Assembly (NCBI GenBank): GCA_037379345.1
Contig: CM074514.1
Span: forward strand, 25,420,001-25,484,000
Source: Perna viridis
Taxonomy: Eukaryota
Reading direction: 5' to 3'
Length of the DNA: 64,000 nt
The translations under genes were made by a program, and so were the position numbers. The notes below the pieces were generated by a model, which made no database searches, was not told where the DNA came from, and saw only the letters and a list, made by a program, of their open reading frames with translations. Numbering within the stretch: position 1 is the stretch's first letter; every line of letters starts with the position of its first letter. Positions 1 to 11,947 of the stretch are shown one piece after another.

Positions 1-143
1 ATAGATAGAAACTTTCATTTGCTGAACTGATCCATATGATAATTCCTACTAAAGTTTGTTTGAGTCAAAATTGTCAGGCAATTCCTTGAAAGGCAAAAGA
101 TTTAAGCAGGTGAGCGGTTCAGGCTCCTGGGAGCCTCTTTTTT
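1..143 (+). mobile_element. 3' end of a non-autonomous Helentron/HINE (DINE-1/CvA-like) element, cut by the window edge
   Basis: Subterminal motif CAGGTGAGCG (107-116) is followed by the hairpin AGGCTCC-TG-GGAGCCT (121-136) and a T-run, the usual HINE 3' end. Confidence 0.55.
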
Positions 144-1464
144 GTTCCAGCAGAATTTTTTTCTATTTACAGAGACCTATCCTAGTACACTGGACACTTT
201 TGTTATATCCATATCTACATTTGTATATTGTCCTATCATAGGAATCATATTATCAACTGAAAGGGTTTCCTATCTTTACATATAGGTACAGTATGTACTG
301 CAAGTATTATGCAACGTTTTCAAGGTAAACGTTGAAGAACCCTGTCGTTGTTCACACGACACACAACTATATAAATAACCTTCCACCAATTTTGATAGAA
401 TTTAATTGGTTGTGTTTTATTCGACCTAAAAAATTGCTGTCACATAATGATATGACACTGTTCTCTATTGTCAATACATGTCCATAGACATTTAGTTTCG
501 TGAGATAATTACATGCAATATAAGTATTAGTTGGTTGCTGAAGTTCTCAAATCCAAAACGAAGGTTGGTATTGATTTTGGGGGGATATGACCTCAACCAT
601 TAGGGTCAAAAGCTAGCATTTCATAGAATTGTACTATATACATATAACGCAAGTAAAGGAAAATGTCTCTGATATTGTTCTACAATTTTCTATACCACTA
701 AGGTTAGACTGGTTTTGAACCTTTAAAGAATGATGGGCCAGAAACCAGAATTTTCCTGAAGTACCAGGTAAAAGTAACTTGATCTTTTTTGAGATTGTAC
801 TTCAAGGTGCCATTTTGGGGGTTGGGGCTTTAACGTTAGAGAAGGAGATAGAAGAAAAACTGGTCATAGTATAAACAGCATTCAATAGCATGATGACATG
901 TCTGACAACACATATAATAACTCAAATATGGAAACAAAATGATTCACTGATATTTTTGTGATCGAAAGAAAATCCTGGTCCCAAAGGCCTGTGTACTTGC
1001 TCCTATTTTTTCAAGGTTCAACCATGCAGTTAATGAAGCTGTCATAGAGGACGTATTTTACTGGGTTATGGGATTTTACATTTTTTATGTTTTAGAGTAC
1101 AAAGATTTAACTGTGCTCCAGCCCCCTCAACCAGGCGTCAGTTGCTGTTAAATACCACATTTTGTTTTCTGGCCTATGCAAACATAAACTAGACAAAACG
1201 AATTTGCTCTTTGGGCAATACCAGTCATAGTCCATATTTGCCCCTCGGACAATCTGTGTCCACACTTTTACTACAATAAATAATATATATAATGATGACC
1301 TTTCAAAATGAATATTTACTTAGAATAAATCGAAATGCAACATTCACATTTTGATTCTGAGATGTAAAACAGTTGACAAAAAGCAGAAATTCTGCCACTC
1401 TACCTTCTTCCATACAACGTTTTTTTTGTATGTATCAATTTTGAAATTATTCCTCCTTACTTGA

Positions 1465-2195
1465 AAGAGTAATCAAGGGAACCAAGATTCTAGCGGAAAT
1501 CAAAGAATGTAATAGGGACAAAGACAAGACATGGAAAACAGACAAACACAACAAAGAACATAAAACAACTACAATAATGCATACAAAGTAACAAAAGAAA
1601 ATGAGCAACTCGAACTCAACTAAAAACCGAGAGCATTGACTAGGTGCACCGGTAGGGTAAGCGTCCTCTGCTTTTCTAGAAACATCCGCCGACTTACTCA
1701 TAAAAAGTCAAGTCCGGGGTAGACGAAAGAGTAAAGGAAAACTATGACACGTTGAACAAATCAATTTTCATGGTGCAGATGGATACACCGTAACGATCCA
1801 CGAGTTCTTGACGACGACCATAAAACCTCAGTATTGATGACTTCAATCTTGTGGCAACATAACCCTGTTCCAGAAGCCTAATTGTAAGAAGTCTAGCGCG
1901 ATACAAAAAAGTCTACGTAGTTACCGCAAGCTCTGGCATAACGTATGAGTTGTGATATGAAAACTCCATACGCAGGTGCTGAAAGGATGTTGCCACAGAT
2001 GAAAGGAAAATTGACAATATGGAATGAAAAAGTCCTTGCGTTTGTCGTATAGTTTGGATAAATAGTTTTCCTATACCATCGATCTCTAAGAGTAGGTCAA
2101 GATATGAGGCTGACTTCACAGTGTCTAGTATTCTTTATTTAAAGTTCTTTGAGGTAGATGCGATGTATCAAAGCCCCGAAACTAGGACTGTTTAA
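1465..2195 (-). mobile_element. 5'-truncated, frameshifted Penelope-like retroelement (RT C-terminus plus 3' UTR)
   Basis: Minus-strand translation across frameshifts gives LNSPSFGALIHRIY..SASYLDLLLEIDG..KLYDKR..HIVNFPFICGNILSAPAYGVFISQLIRYARAC..RLLEQGY..RFYGRRQELVDRYGVSICTMKIDLFNVS*, with the stop at 1744-1742. These are PLE RT palm/thumb motifs. The 3' UTR recurs at 11948-12284 and 34936-35131. Confidence 0.85.
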
Positions 2196-2762
2196 TATAC
2201 AACGGGAGTACATTAAAACAGAAGTTTACTTTAAATGATAAATCTCTTATAAATATATGAATTAGATATTTCGATTTGTGGTCGCATCAAGCCATATCAA
2301 GCTAAGCAACCACCACTATATCCTTTGTCTCTTAAGCAAAGTACGTGTTCTTTGTATGTTATTCAATAAAAATGAGTCTTGAATATATGTATGTTATTCA
2401 ATAAATAAACGAGTCTGGAATGTAAAGTCAAATAGTTTTCAAAATTCAAAATACACCTGACAAATATTCACGCAATCGTTTTTCCCCTATACAGTAATAC
2501 TTGAATTGGATATATGTATATGAAACCGAATAGCAACTAAAGAAATTTCAAATCACTTTTCAATTTTCTAAAAAGTCGGTTTATATGGTAACTCTTGTCT
2601 ATTAAATCAAAATATACAGCGTACAGTGCAATCAATATACAGCGTACAGTTATCCAATTTAAGCTTTCATATGTTAAGAGTCCAATTGAAGGGATATACT
2701 GTAGGTTTCAATTGTCTTATTTTGTTTTGCCATCTACTCGTTAAATTATTGATATTTATCTA

Positions 2763-2768
2763 TTTATT
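2763..2768 (-). promoter_or_regulatory. Candidate poly(A) signal of the kelch-like gene
   Basis: AATAAA on the minus strand about 150 nt after the stop codon. The AT-rich background makes this weak. Confidence 0.35.
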
Positions 2769-2919
2769 ATACATTTTTTTTTTGGGGGGAGGGGGGGTAA
2801 AAAACAGTTAAAAGTTTTTTTTGAAGGATTAAACAAAATAAACTGGTTTGCGACAGATTACAATTATAACCATGAAGCGGTTTTTTAGAAGTGTAACATG
2901 CAGCCAAAACAATCACTTT

Positions 2920-4971
2920 TTATGGTTTATGGACATTTTCAAGAGTTAACATGGAACTTCGAATATCAATGATAGTAGCATGATACTGGTTTGACTCTTT
3001 CTTAGCCGGAACTTTCATGTTCTTGTGAGTTATGCATGGTTTCCTCGAAATAACGTCAAAAGCACGCGTTTCAGTGGATTCAGCACGATCCGAATTACCT
3101 CCAATCACGAACACTTTTCCTTGGTAATAAAGAACACCAAAACCAAACATACTTTGTTTATGTACCGACCCTATTACGACAGGTTCCTTCCCGAACTCAT
3201 ATATCATGACGTCACCCTTCGGTCCAACGATATATGCCTCGTCTTCATTTACGACGAGCCCACTAAAACTGCACATAACAGGTAACTTCGAAAACACGGT
3301 ACAAGAACCATTCGAAAGGTCAAATCTTTGAATTGATGTTACAAATTCGCCGAAAGACTTATTTCCACCGAATATGAGAATGCTGTTACCAAATATAGCA
3401 CAGGATGGATTCGATACTGCTATACTCAGCGCTCCGACCCGATTCCACGACCGGTCATTTACATTGTATTTGTCGACATGGGGCATTACAACTATTCTGT
3501 CTTGACTTCCTCCAATCAAATATATTACATCGCTTTTCATCACCATTGCATGATCTGCCCGACCGTATTTGTAATCAATTGGACCTAGCTTCTCCCATTC
3601 AAACTGAAGCAGATTAAAACGATAAAATGCTGTCGTGTTTGCATACCCACCGCACATATAGATATTGTACGCGTCAGAGCATGAGGCGTAAGAGCCACCA
3701 GAAGCATGTTTTGGCATACCAGGCAGATGGTACCAGCATAAAGACTTAAAACTGTAGCAAGCTAGATGTAACCCTTGTTTATAACTAGACGACCACATAA
3801 CGAGCATAACCTCTTCACTGCCAAAGCATCTTCGTTGTTCCTCACGATTACTTTTGCTTTTCATGGTTTCCTTTATGTATTCTGAACATTCTTCGTTTTT
3901 TATCATGAGAGAGTCGCTTAATGCATCTTCAAGCTCTTCGTCCAAGATTTGTGAAAGGTTGACGTTTTTCAATACTTCAAGTGGTTTAACATCCTTGTTT
4001 TGTCTCAACCAAGATAGGACAGTTTGAAAAAGGCTATACTCATTCTCTGTATTTATATGTTTTTCTCGTAGGATAGAAATAAATATGTTTTTTGTTATAG
4101 AGTTAATTCTATCCCTTAAAACCAATTCACTGAAGTGTCGACTAATAAAACTAACGGCTTTTGACAGAAGATACTCGGAGTTTACCGCATCTCCCAATAT
4201 TGCGACGTCAACACAGTTGTCTATTTCAATATGGCGGCATATGAAACGCTCGCAATGACATTGAAGCTGTGGAATCTGCAGGTACGATGATGTGGATAAT
4301 AATTTTTGCACATTATTGATGTTGACAATATTTTCACCGGTGTACATGAAATCTAATATAGACATGAATATGTATTTGTCTACATCGTGGATTTGTATTT
4401 CATCTTGGTGATATTCCTTCAGTTCTGATGTAAACATTGCGTCAAAAAAAGCTGAGAAAGACGACATGATGATTTTATGACAGAAAAACTTCTGATTATC
4501 TACGATAAGGGTTATATCTGACAAATGCTTACTTCTCTTCAGAGTAGACAGTGTCTGGCCCAGTGCAGTATTCCTAAGCTTGAAAACTTCAGCATAATTA
4601 ACAAGATTATTGGTCGTCCCAGTTTTTCTCATAAACCAAGGTACCCCAAACTGGATTGCAATGTCTGCAATCTGCTTTTGGTTGTATTCGCCCGATTTTA
4701 TTGACGAAGGACTATACACTAAACGAAGGTACTGGTCAACATTATTAAGAGATGCATTAACTTTGATACTACATGGTGTAGCTTCAGTATCGCTCCGCTT
4801 AGTAGTACTGGGTTTCACTTTGACACCATGAGTGCACAGACTGGAAATTAGAACTCTATGAACATTAGTTTCACCATCTGTCGCTATCACCCTTAAGTCT
4901 GTGTACTGTTTCGATTTCCTAAATTTCTCTAGCATTTCCATGAGCATTATTGTATGAGCTTCAGATCCCAT
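2920..4971 (-). CDS. Kelch-like (KLHL family) protein, about 683 aa: degenerate BTB + BTB + BACK + six-bladed Kelch propeller
   Basis: Open 2-kb ORF. First BTB: YTDLRVIATDGETNVHRVLISS. Second BTB: LSDITLIVDNQKFFCHKIIMSSFSAFFDAMFTSELKE. BACK region: IEIDNCVDV...ENEYSLFQTVLSWL. Kelch GG motifs: IYMCGG, IYLIGG, ILIFGG, VFVIGG. The track start (4998) is GTG. The ATG at 4971 directly follows the splice-acceptor-like TCTTTTCAG, so the exon probably starts there. Confidence 0.92.
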   Translation of the reverse strand: MGSEAHTIMLMEMLEKFRKSKQYTDLRVIATDGETNVHRVLISSLCTHGVKVKPSTTKRSDTEATPCSIKVNASLNNVDQYLRLVYSPSSIKSGEYNQKQIADIAIQFGVPWFMRKTGTTNNLVNYAEVFKLRNTALGQTLSTLKRSKHLSDITLIVDNQKFFCHKIIMSSFSAFFDAMFTSELKEYHQDEIQIHDVDKYIFMSILDFMYTGENIVNINNVQKLLSTSSYLQIPQLQCHCERFICRHIEIDNCVDVAILGDAVNSEYLLSKAVSFISRHFSELVLRDRINSITKNIFISILREKHINTENEYSLFQTVLSWLRQNKDVKPLEVLKNVNLSQILDEELEDALSDSLMIKNEECSEYIKETMKSKSNREEQRRCFGSEEVMLVMWSSSYKQGLHLACYSFKSLCWYHLPGMPKHASGGSYASCSDAYNIYMCGGYANTTAFYRFNLLQFEWEKLGPIDYKYGRADHAMVMKSDVIYLIGGSQDRIVVMPHVDKYNVNDRSWNRVGALSIAVSNPSCAIFGNSILIFGGNKSFGEFVTSIQRFDLSNGSCTVFSKLPVMCSFSGLVVNEDEAYIVGPKGDVMIYEFGKEPVVIGSVHKQSMFGFGVLYYQGKVFVIGGNSDRAESTETRAFDVISRKPCITHKNMKVPAKKESNQYHATIIDIRSSMLTLENVHKP

Positions 4972-5100
4972 CTGAAAAGACCGCATAAAATTAAGCACAT
5001 CGAAAGGGTATGCGTTTTATCAAAGTCCTACACTGAACTGGCCAAGCATGCAAAATAAGTGGGCTAACATTTCTTTTTTTTTGGGACAAAGCTATAGGAT

Positions 5101-6783
5101 CAAAGAAATGACAATTCAATGAATCGCCCATCTGGTTGAATTTGCCTTCAAAGGCAATAAATTTAAGAAGAAAATGTCCAACAACTTTGACTCAAGAAGT
5201 CTTTGGCAGGGCTTATCATAAAGATCATTTCAACAATTGAAAGTTTCTTTTCATCTATCACTGTTTTCAAGATATTGACTGAAAACTGTTTAAAAAAAGT
5301 CAGTTTCAAGGGAAATAACACTTACAAGGAGTCAGGTCTCACTAACCACTTCCGGGTCAAATGCCCCCCCTCCCCCCCACATATAGTACCAAAACACACT
5401 GAACCTAGAAATATGCATTGCAAGTGCATTATTTGTGTTTATTCTGTACCATTAGAATAATGATTTTGAAAGCCTTATTTTCCAAGCTTCGCAATGATAT
5501 GCAACTTTCAGGTGTCATTTGTCCTGGGAATTCACAGTGAAACATTGAAAATAACTTATTTAACATGTAAAGTAATGGAAACTTTAGAAGTGGTTAGTGA
5601 GACCTTATCTGACAACTTTTATCCCTGAAGACTTATGTAGTCCTAATAATAAGGATCATTTCAGCTATTGAAAGAATTTGGCTAAACCTAACGGTTTTGG
5701 AGTTAAATGTGAAAAAGTACTGCCTGACCCCTACACTGTATGTTCTATTTTTAGTAATGGCTGACATGTTTTTGACGGATCAAAAATCCCTACATCAGTT
5801 CTATGCAAGATACACCAAGGAACATTCGTACCAAGTTTGGTTCCAATTGATCAAATAATGTCAGAGGAGAAGATTTTTGAAAAAAAAAACATTAAAAATA
5901 GCAAAAATCATCGAAAAAGGGCAATATCTCCAACATGACTCAACAGTTTAAAACCAAAATTTGACACCAATTATATACAGGATACCCCAAGGAACATTCA
6001 TACCAAGTTTGGTTTCAATTGGTCAAGTAGTGTCAGAGGAGAAGATTTTTGAAAGAAATAAACATTAAAAATAGCAAAAATCGTTAAAATGGACAATAAC
6101 TCCAACACGGCTGAACGGATTAAAACCAAAATTTAACCAGAGATAGATCTTATCATGCTAAACAATTTTATCCATGTCAGAATTTAGTTAAACCTAACGG
6201 TTTTGGAGATATATGCAAAAATCTGCTGTCTGACCCCTATGTTCTATTTTTAGTAACGGCGGTCATGTTTTTCGATGAATCAAAAATCCCCACAACAGTT
6301 CTATACAGGTTACTCCAAGAAACATTCATACCAAGTTTTGTTGTAATTGGTCAGGTAGTGTAAGAGGAGAAGATTTTTGAAAGAAATAACATTAAAAATG
6401 GCAAAAATCGTTGAAAAAGGGCAATAAATCCAACATGGCTTAACGGATTAAAACCAAAATTTGACCAGAGATAGATCTTATCATGCTGAACACTTTACTG
6501 ATATCAGAATTTAGTTGAACTTAACGGTTTTGGAGATATGTGTGGAAAACTACTGTCTGACCTCTATGTTCTATTTTTAGTAACGGCGGTCATGTTTTTC
6601 GACGAATCAAAAATCCCCACATCAATTCTATGCAGGATACCCCAAGGAACATTTATACCAAGTTTTGTTCTAATCAGTCAAGTAGTTTCAGAGGAGAAGA
6701 GTTTTGTATAATATTGTTAAAGACGGCGGACGACGACGACGACGGACGCCAAGTGATGGCCTTGGCAAGTTGAGCTAAAAAAA
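5101..6783 (-). mobile_element. Non-autonomous Helentron/HINE element carrying internal tandem repeats
   Basis: On the minus strand the 5' end reads TTTTAGCTCAACTTG, followed by a (GTC)n microsatellite (about 6722-6748). A degenerate CAGATGGGCGATTC subterminal motif lies near 5120-5134. The internal landmark CCAAGTTT recurs at 5831, 6003, 6331 and about 6658 (unit about 327 bp plus one partial unit). Confidence 0.7.
5334..5605. mobile_element. MITE-like inverted-repeat segment nested in the Helentron
   Basis: Perfect 19-bp inverted repeat AGGTCTCACTAACCACTTC (5334-5352) / GAAGTGGTTAGTGAGACCT (5587-5605). No clean target-site duplication (TSD). Confidence 0.6.
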
Positions 6784-7290
6784 GACTTTAGTAAAGAATA
6801 ATAAATGAGTTTATGATTTGAAAAAAAGCGAAACCAAACATTCAGAAGAAATCAAGTATATACAAGACATTAAAATATTATCATGTTAAAGGGACGTAAC
6901 AGCGTTGAATCTATCGCGCCGTTCTGATTATGTTTTATATTCTCAACTATAATAAATATCATATTTTCTAAATGCCATAAAACGTATTTGTGATTAAGTC
7001 TTGATATATAAAATGTACTTACATCTTAAAGTTTTCAGACTTTAGTAAAGAATAATAAATGAGTTTATGATTTGAAAAAAAGCGAAACCAAACATTCAGA
7101 AGAAATCAAGTATATACAAGACATTAAAATATTATCATGTTAAAGGGACGTAATAGCGTTGAATCTATCGCGCCGTTCTGATTATGTTTTATATTCTCAA
7201 CTATAATAAATATTATATTTTTTAAATGCCATAAAACGTATTTGTGATTAAGTCTTGATATATAAAATGTACTTACATCTTAAAGTTTTC
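6783..7290. repeat. 254-bp direct tandem duplication
   Basis: 6783-7036 versus 7037-7290, with 3 mismatches and AGA microhomology at the junctions. Confidence 0.95.
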
Positions 7291-7517
7291 AGAACCGATT
7301 TAAGTACCAGTTTACGACACAACGTGCCAATTCCTGTTTGTTTACCTGAGATATACTGATCAATAAACAATTGTAAAGCGCCAAGTTTTGAATGTGTATA
7401 AAGTCTTGAAGTAATTTATTACAACAGACTCAGACTAAACTTTTGCTATTCTTTTATAAACATTTAGCTCTGTATATAAAAGTACATTTTTTGTTAAAGA
7501 AAAAAAATACGAAATCA

Positions 7518-8436
7518 TATGGCAAGCTAAAGTGGACAAGAATGAGCATTTTCTAATATTAAAAAATGATTTTTTAATATTATAAATTCATTTTCTAATA
7601 TTACAAATTAGATTTGTTATATCACAAAACGCTTTTTTAATATTGAAAAATCATTTTTTTAATATTAAAAATTAAATTGAATTTCTGATACATTGTATTA
7701 AAAACCTATTTTTTAATATAAGAAATTGATTTTCTAATATTAGAAAATGGACTTGTCGTATTCAGTGACGATTTTTTTAATGTAAGAAAATCATTTTGTA
7801 ATGTTAAAAAATGTGACTGATTTTCTAATATTACAAATTCATTTTCTAACATTACAAATTCAATTTGTAATATTACAAAATGTGTGATATAATATAATAT
7901 TACTAAATCAGGAATTTGTAATATTAGAAAATGAATTTAAAATATTAGAAAATGAATTTGTAATATTAGAAAATGAATTTAAAATATTAGAAAATGAATT
8001 TTCTAATATTACAAATTAATTTTCTAATATTATAAATTAGATTTCTAATATCACAAAACAGTTTTTTAATATTAAAAATTCAATTGAATTTATAATATTG
8101 AAAAGCAATTTTTTACTATAAGAAATTGATATTAGAAAATGGATTTGTGGTATTCAGTTGCCAATTTTTAATATTAGAAAATCATTTTGTAATATTAAAA
8201 ATGTGACTGATTTCCTAATATTACAGATTCAATTTGTAATATTACAAAATGTGTAATATTTTATAATATTACTAAATCAGGAATTTGTAATATTAGAAAA
8301 TAAATTTGTAATATTACAAAATGAATTTCTACTTTTAAAAAATCTTTTCTAATATTAACAAAATGATTTTGTAATATTAAAAATTCATTTTCTAATATTA
8401 CAAAATGTTGATTTTTGTCCACTTTGGCTTGCCATA
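7518..8436. mobile_element. Foldback-type non-autonomous DNA transposon
   Basis: Terminal inverted repeats (TIRs) TATGGCAAGCTAAAGTGGACAA / TTGTCCACTTTGGCTTGCCATA (1 mismatch in 22). 6-bp TSD AAATCA at 7512-7517 and 8437-8442. The interior is built of ~21-bp units around the palindrome TAATATTA in both orientations. Confidence 0.85.
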
Positions 8437-11335
8437 AAATCAAATGTTATTTTTATCAAGCAAATATTGCATATTCATATGAAGTTTGTTGATACATGGG
8501 GGTCGACTTGTACCAAGGACGAATAACTGTTTTATAAAAGAATAAAAACCCGTGTATAAAGAGGGCTGACCCCTGTTTTATTTAATTTTAAATTTTAATC
8601 GAAATGCGACAGAAAGACCAAACCGTTCTGACGATTTTTTTTGTGTATCATTTTCCCCTCGAAGTTCAAATCGTTTACCCCCAATGTGTTATTTACAATT
8701 TAATAGTTTATGTTCGATTTAATTTATGTTCTTTAGGCGAAATCACTAAAAGAAAAAAAGAAAGTAAGTATGTCACCCAAATTATACTAGAAGTAACGAT
8801 CGAATGTATCAGCAAGTCAAGAATCAGAAAAGAGTTGAAAAACTTACTCGGGAAATGAAGAATACTAGCAGTTCGTTTTAAAGTACATTTGTATCCAACT
8901 TGTCACAGACGGATCAAGAAATATTCAAAGGTGACATTCGCTTCCAGGCCACTTTTGTCTGGAGAAAAAACAAGTTAAAACCAAGAACAAATGTAACTGT
9001 TGGAATACTGGGTTATCGTTCTTATACCTCGTTTCTTGCCGCGTGATGATCATCGAAAACCATCAATCGGTTATAATAAAAGTTTATCCTGAGTACTAAC
9101 GTATTAATTTTTATCAATCGTTATGTCGACATGCGGTAGCAAATTTAATATAATTGTATTAAGGATAGGATGACGTGTACTACTGCATTTTTAGAAACAC
9201 AAACGATGTCAACTGAAATCCAGGCTAAAACGACGAGGAAAACTACAACATGGAAAGCAAAAGAGATTGCTACAGCATAACGACAAACGGGTTCACGGCG
9301 TCGACCGAAAACCTTTTGGAAAAAAGTAAAGTACGTATTAAGGTAAGAGGTGTGAAATACCATTTCTATTTGAACTTTGAAAACAGGTTCAATTGTTTCA
9401 GACGGACATGTTCCCATGAAGATATATCAGGAAAGAAATCCAACGAACCTCAGCCACATAGTCCTCTGAACGAGTAAGATGGTAACACTGTAAGCAATGT
9501 TTGCCGTCTGTCAGCAACTTACACACTGAGTATATACAACTAGTGAGTGGTTGCCATCAATGTTATGGTGTCGACAAGCACATCAAGAACAGCTGGTCTT
9601 GCTTATTACAATACCTTCTTTCAGCAGTTCGTACTGGTTTAAATACAAAAGAATAAAATCCAATTCGTTATCAAAATGCATCGAGTGACGTCAATGCGCG
9701 AGGGATGATGATCAGGTACGCAGTCAGAAATGATCTTTTGATCTTGATGATTTTAAACTAGAATACTTTTACCTATATATTTGACCTAATTACCTGAAAT
9801 TAACTTTGGAGGTTAGTAGTCGCCAAGGTTTACAGATGATGCATATTACTTGTTATAAACGAAGATCTAAGGAATGAATTGGCAGAAGCGTGTAATTATC
9901 CTATCCGTCGTCAGTAGGATAACTATAGTCTGAACATTCCGGCTCTTGGTCAGATGTAGTACAAAACGGTGAACTCTCAGGAGAATTCAAGGTTGAGTAT
10001 AACATACAAAGACATTGGAAAAAAGAAGGAAAAAATTCACAATAAATTCACATCTTTAATATCATAATTATGGCAGCAATATTTACGTCTAACCCGGAAA
10101 ATATTTTCGTTCCACAAGTTTCTCTAAAATAGAGTGGATTATGATATTGACCTGGGAACCAGATTATATTTACGTCTTAAATCTTATAACGTTACTGTTA
10201 TATAGGAAATACAGAATTTTAAAATTTTACTTTCATAGTAACGAAGTTACATACTATTATATTAAAAATGAGATATTTTATAATAGGGCTAAAAATATGA
10301 CAACTTTTTGATGAACAAAGTCAACTAACTCCGTACCTCATAAGCAAAGCCTAAAATCATATTATATTCATGGTTTTATTAAAGACAGTTCGTTAAATCC
10401 TCTCCGTTTAAGAAGAGACAAACATACATTTATAGGCATAATAAAGATAGTTACGCCCTCAATTTTAAAATTGAGACAGTTCAAGCAATTCCCCAACGTT
10501 TTGGCGATCATTTTAATTAGTTATAAGATTATCGACAATTTAGTAAAAAAAAAATTCAGTCATCGTGCAGATAGCAGTTGGTATTTTTACCACCAAAAAC
10601 TACATTTTTACCATCATAGTCGTGGATTTACATCTCCTCTCTCCTTGTCAGGACAGCTATTTACATTTTCGATATATTAAAGTAGCGATAAAGATCATTG
10701 AAGACATAGTTACTAATGTTATGTACATTTTTACCGTTAGAGTAAAAGCAGCAATTTAAATTTCATCATTATAGTGAAGACCACATTCATAGTAAAGATA
10801 GGTATGTGCATTTCCTCTGTCATACAAAAGGCAGTATTTTTATTCATAAGCATCTTTGACGCTAATTTGTATCTTCACCGACATATTTATGACAGCAGTT
10901 CATAAGTTAAACATCACTGTAATTTACGTCATTACGGAGATTACTATTTTCACCGTCATTGTTAAACAGTGTATTTACATCCTTACCTTTCTAGTAAGGG
11001 CGCATTCATAGTTACAAAAGACAGTAATTAACTCATCCCTCAGAGTAAAATTCAACGTCAAAGCAGACCATATAAATGACCTTCCGGCTTCCGGTCAAAT
11101 GTAGCACAAAACCGTGAACCACCAGAACAAGGTTATTCAAAGTTTGGTAAACCAAACAAAGATGTTGAAAAAGAGAAAACTAGTGAGACAGGTCTGGAAC
11201 CTTTTCTTTGTCTCAATTTTAAATATATTTTTAATTTTTTTTAAGCACAGTGACTTACAACAACTAGAAAATAAAAAGAATGTCATCACAATCGTTACAA
11301 ATTAAGACAGCAATTCACACCTTGACTGTCATAGT

Positions 11336-11546
11336 CAGGCGCGTAGCTGAGGCCAAATTGAAGTGTAGGCAAACTTTCGGCAGGGGGTCTGCTTAAGGCC
11401 CCCAGCAGGTCCAGAGGGGCGAAGCTTCGCGGAGATAGCGTTTTAGAGCATCATTTATGCCTCTCCTGGATGTATTTTATTTCCAAAAAAATGGCAAAAT
11501 TAAGTGCAGGCAAAAGCTTTTTTGCCTAACGGCAGCTACGCACCTG
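11336..11546. mobile_element. MITE (211 bp)
   Basis: 14-bp TIR CAGGCGCGTAGCTG / CAGCTACGCACCTG (1 mismatch). Flanked by a 5-bp duplication ATAGT (11331-11335, 11547-11551). Confidence 0.8.
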
Positions 11547-11947
11547 ATAGTACATAGTCATAGTGAAGACAGCAGATTACTTTATCACCGTCATAGTAAA
11601 GACAAAAAAATTGCGTCACCATGCAAGTAAAGACATGAATTTACGTCTGTGCCGTTATGGTAAGAGAGCTAGCTGCAGCTTCACCGTAAAAGTAGAGAAA
11701 GAAATATCTTCACCGTCGAAACGACGGCTATCAGCTATTTATATATTCACCATACTAGTTAAATCAATCATTTATATCTTTATCGCCATGATTGAAATTC
11801 ACCTCCACAATGAAGACTGTACTTAACATTTTAAGCAGTTTACATGTTTGTCATCTAGTAACGACAATAATTTACAGCTATGGTTCATCCAAGGTCCTTA
11901 ACCTTTATGAGTTACACGTTGCGTTACATGTCTTCATAGTCTTACTA

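Noticed and set aside
4972-4998. Track N-terminus MLNFMRSFQ of the kelch ORF, and likewise MFFSS at 23662 for NDNF
   Set aside because: Both are non-ATG starts running through polypyrimidine/AG acceptor sequence, so they are most likely intronic.
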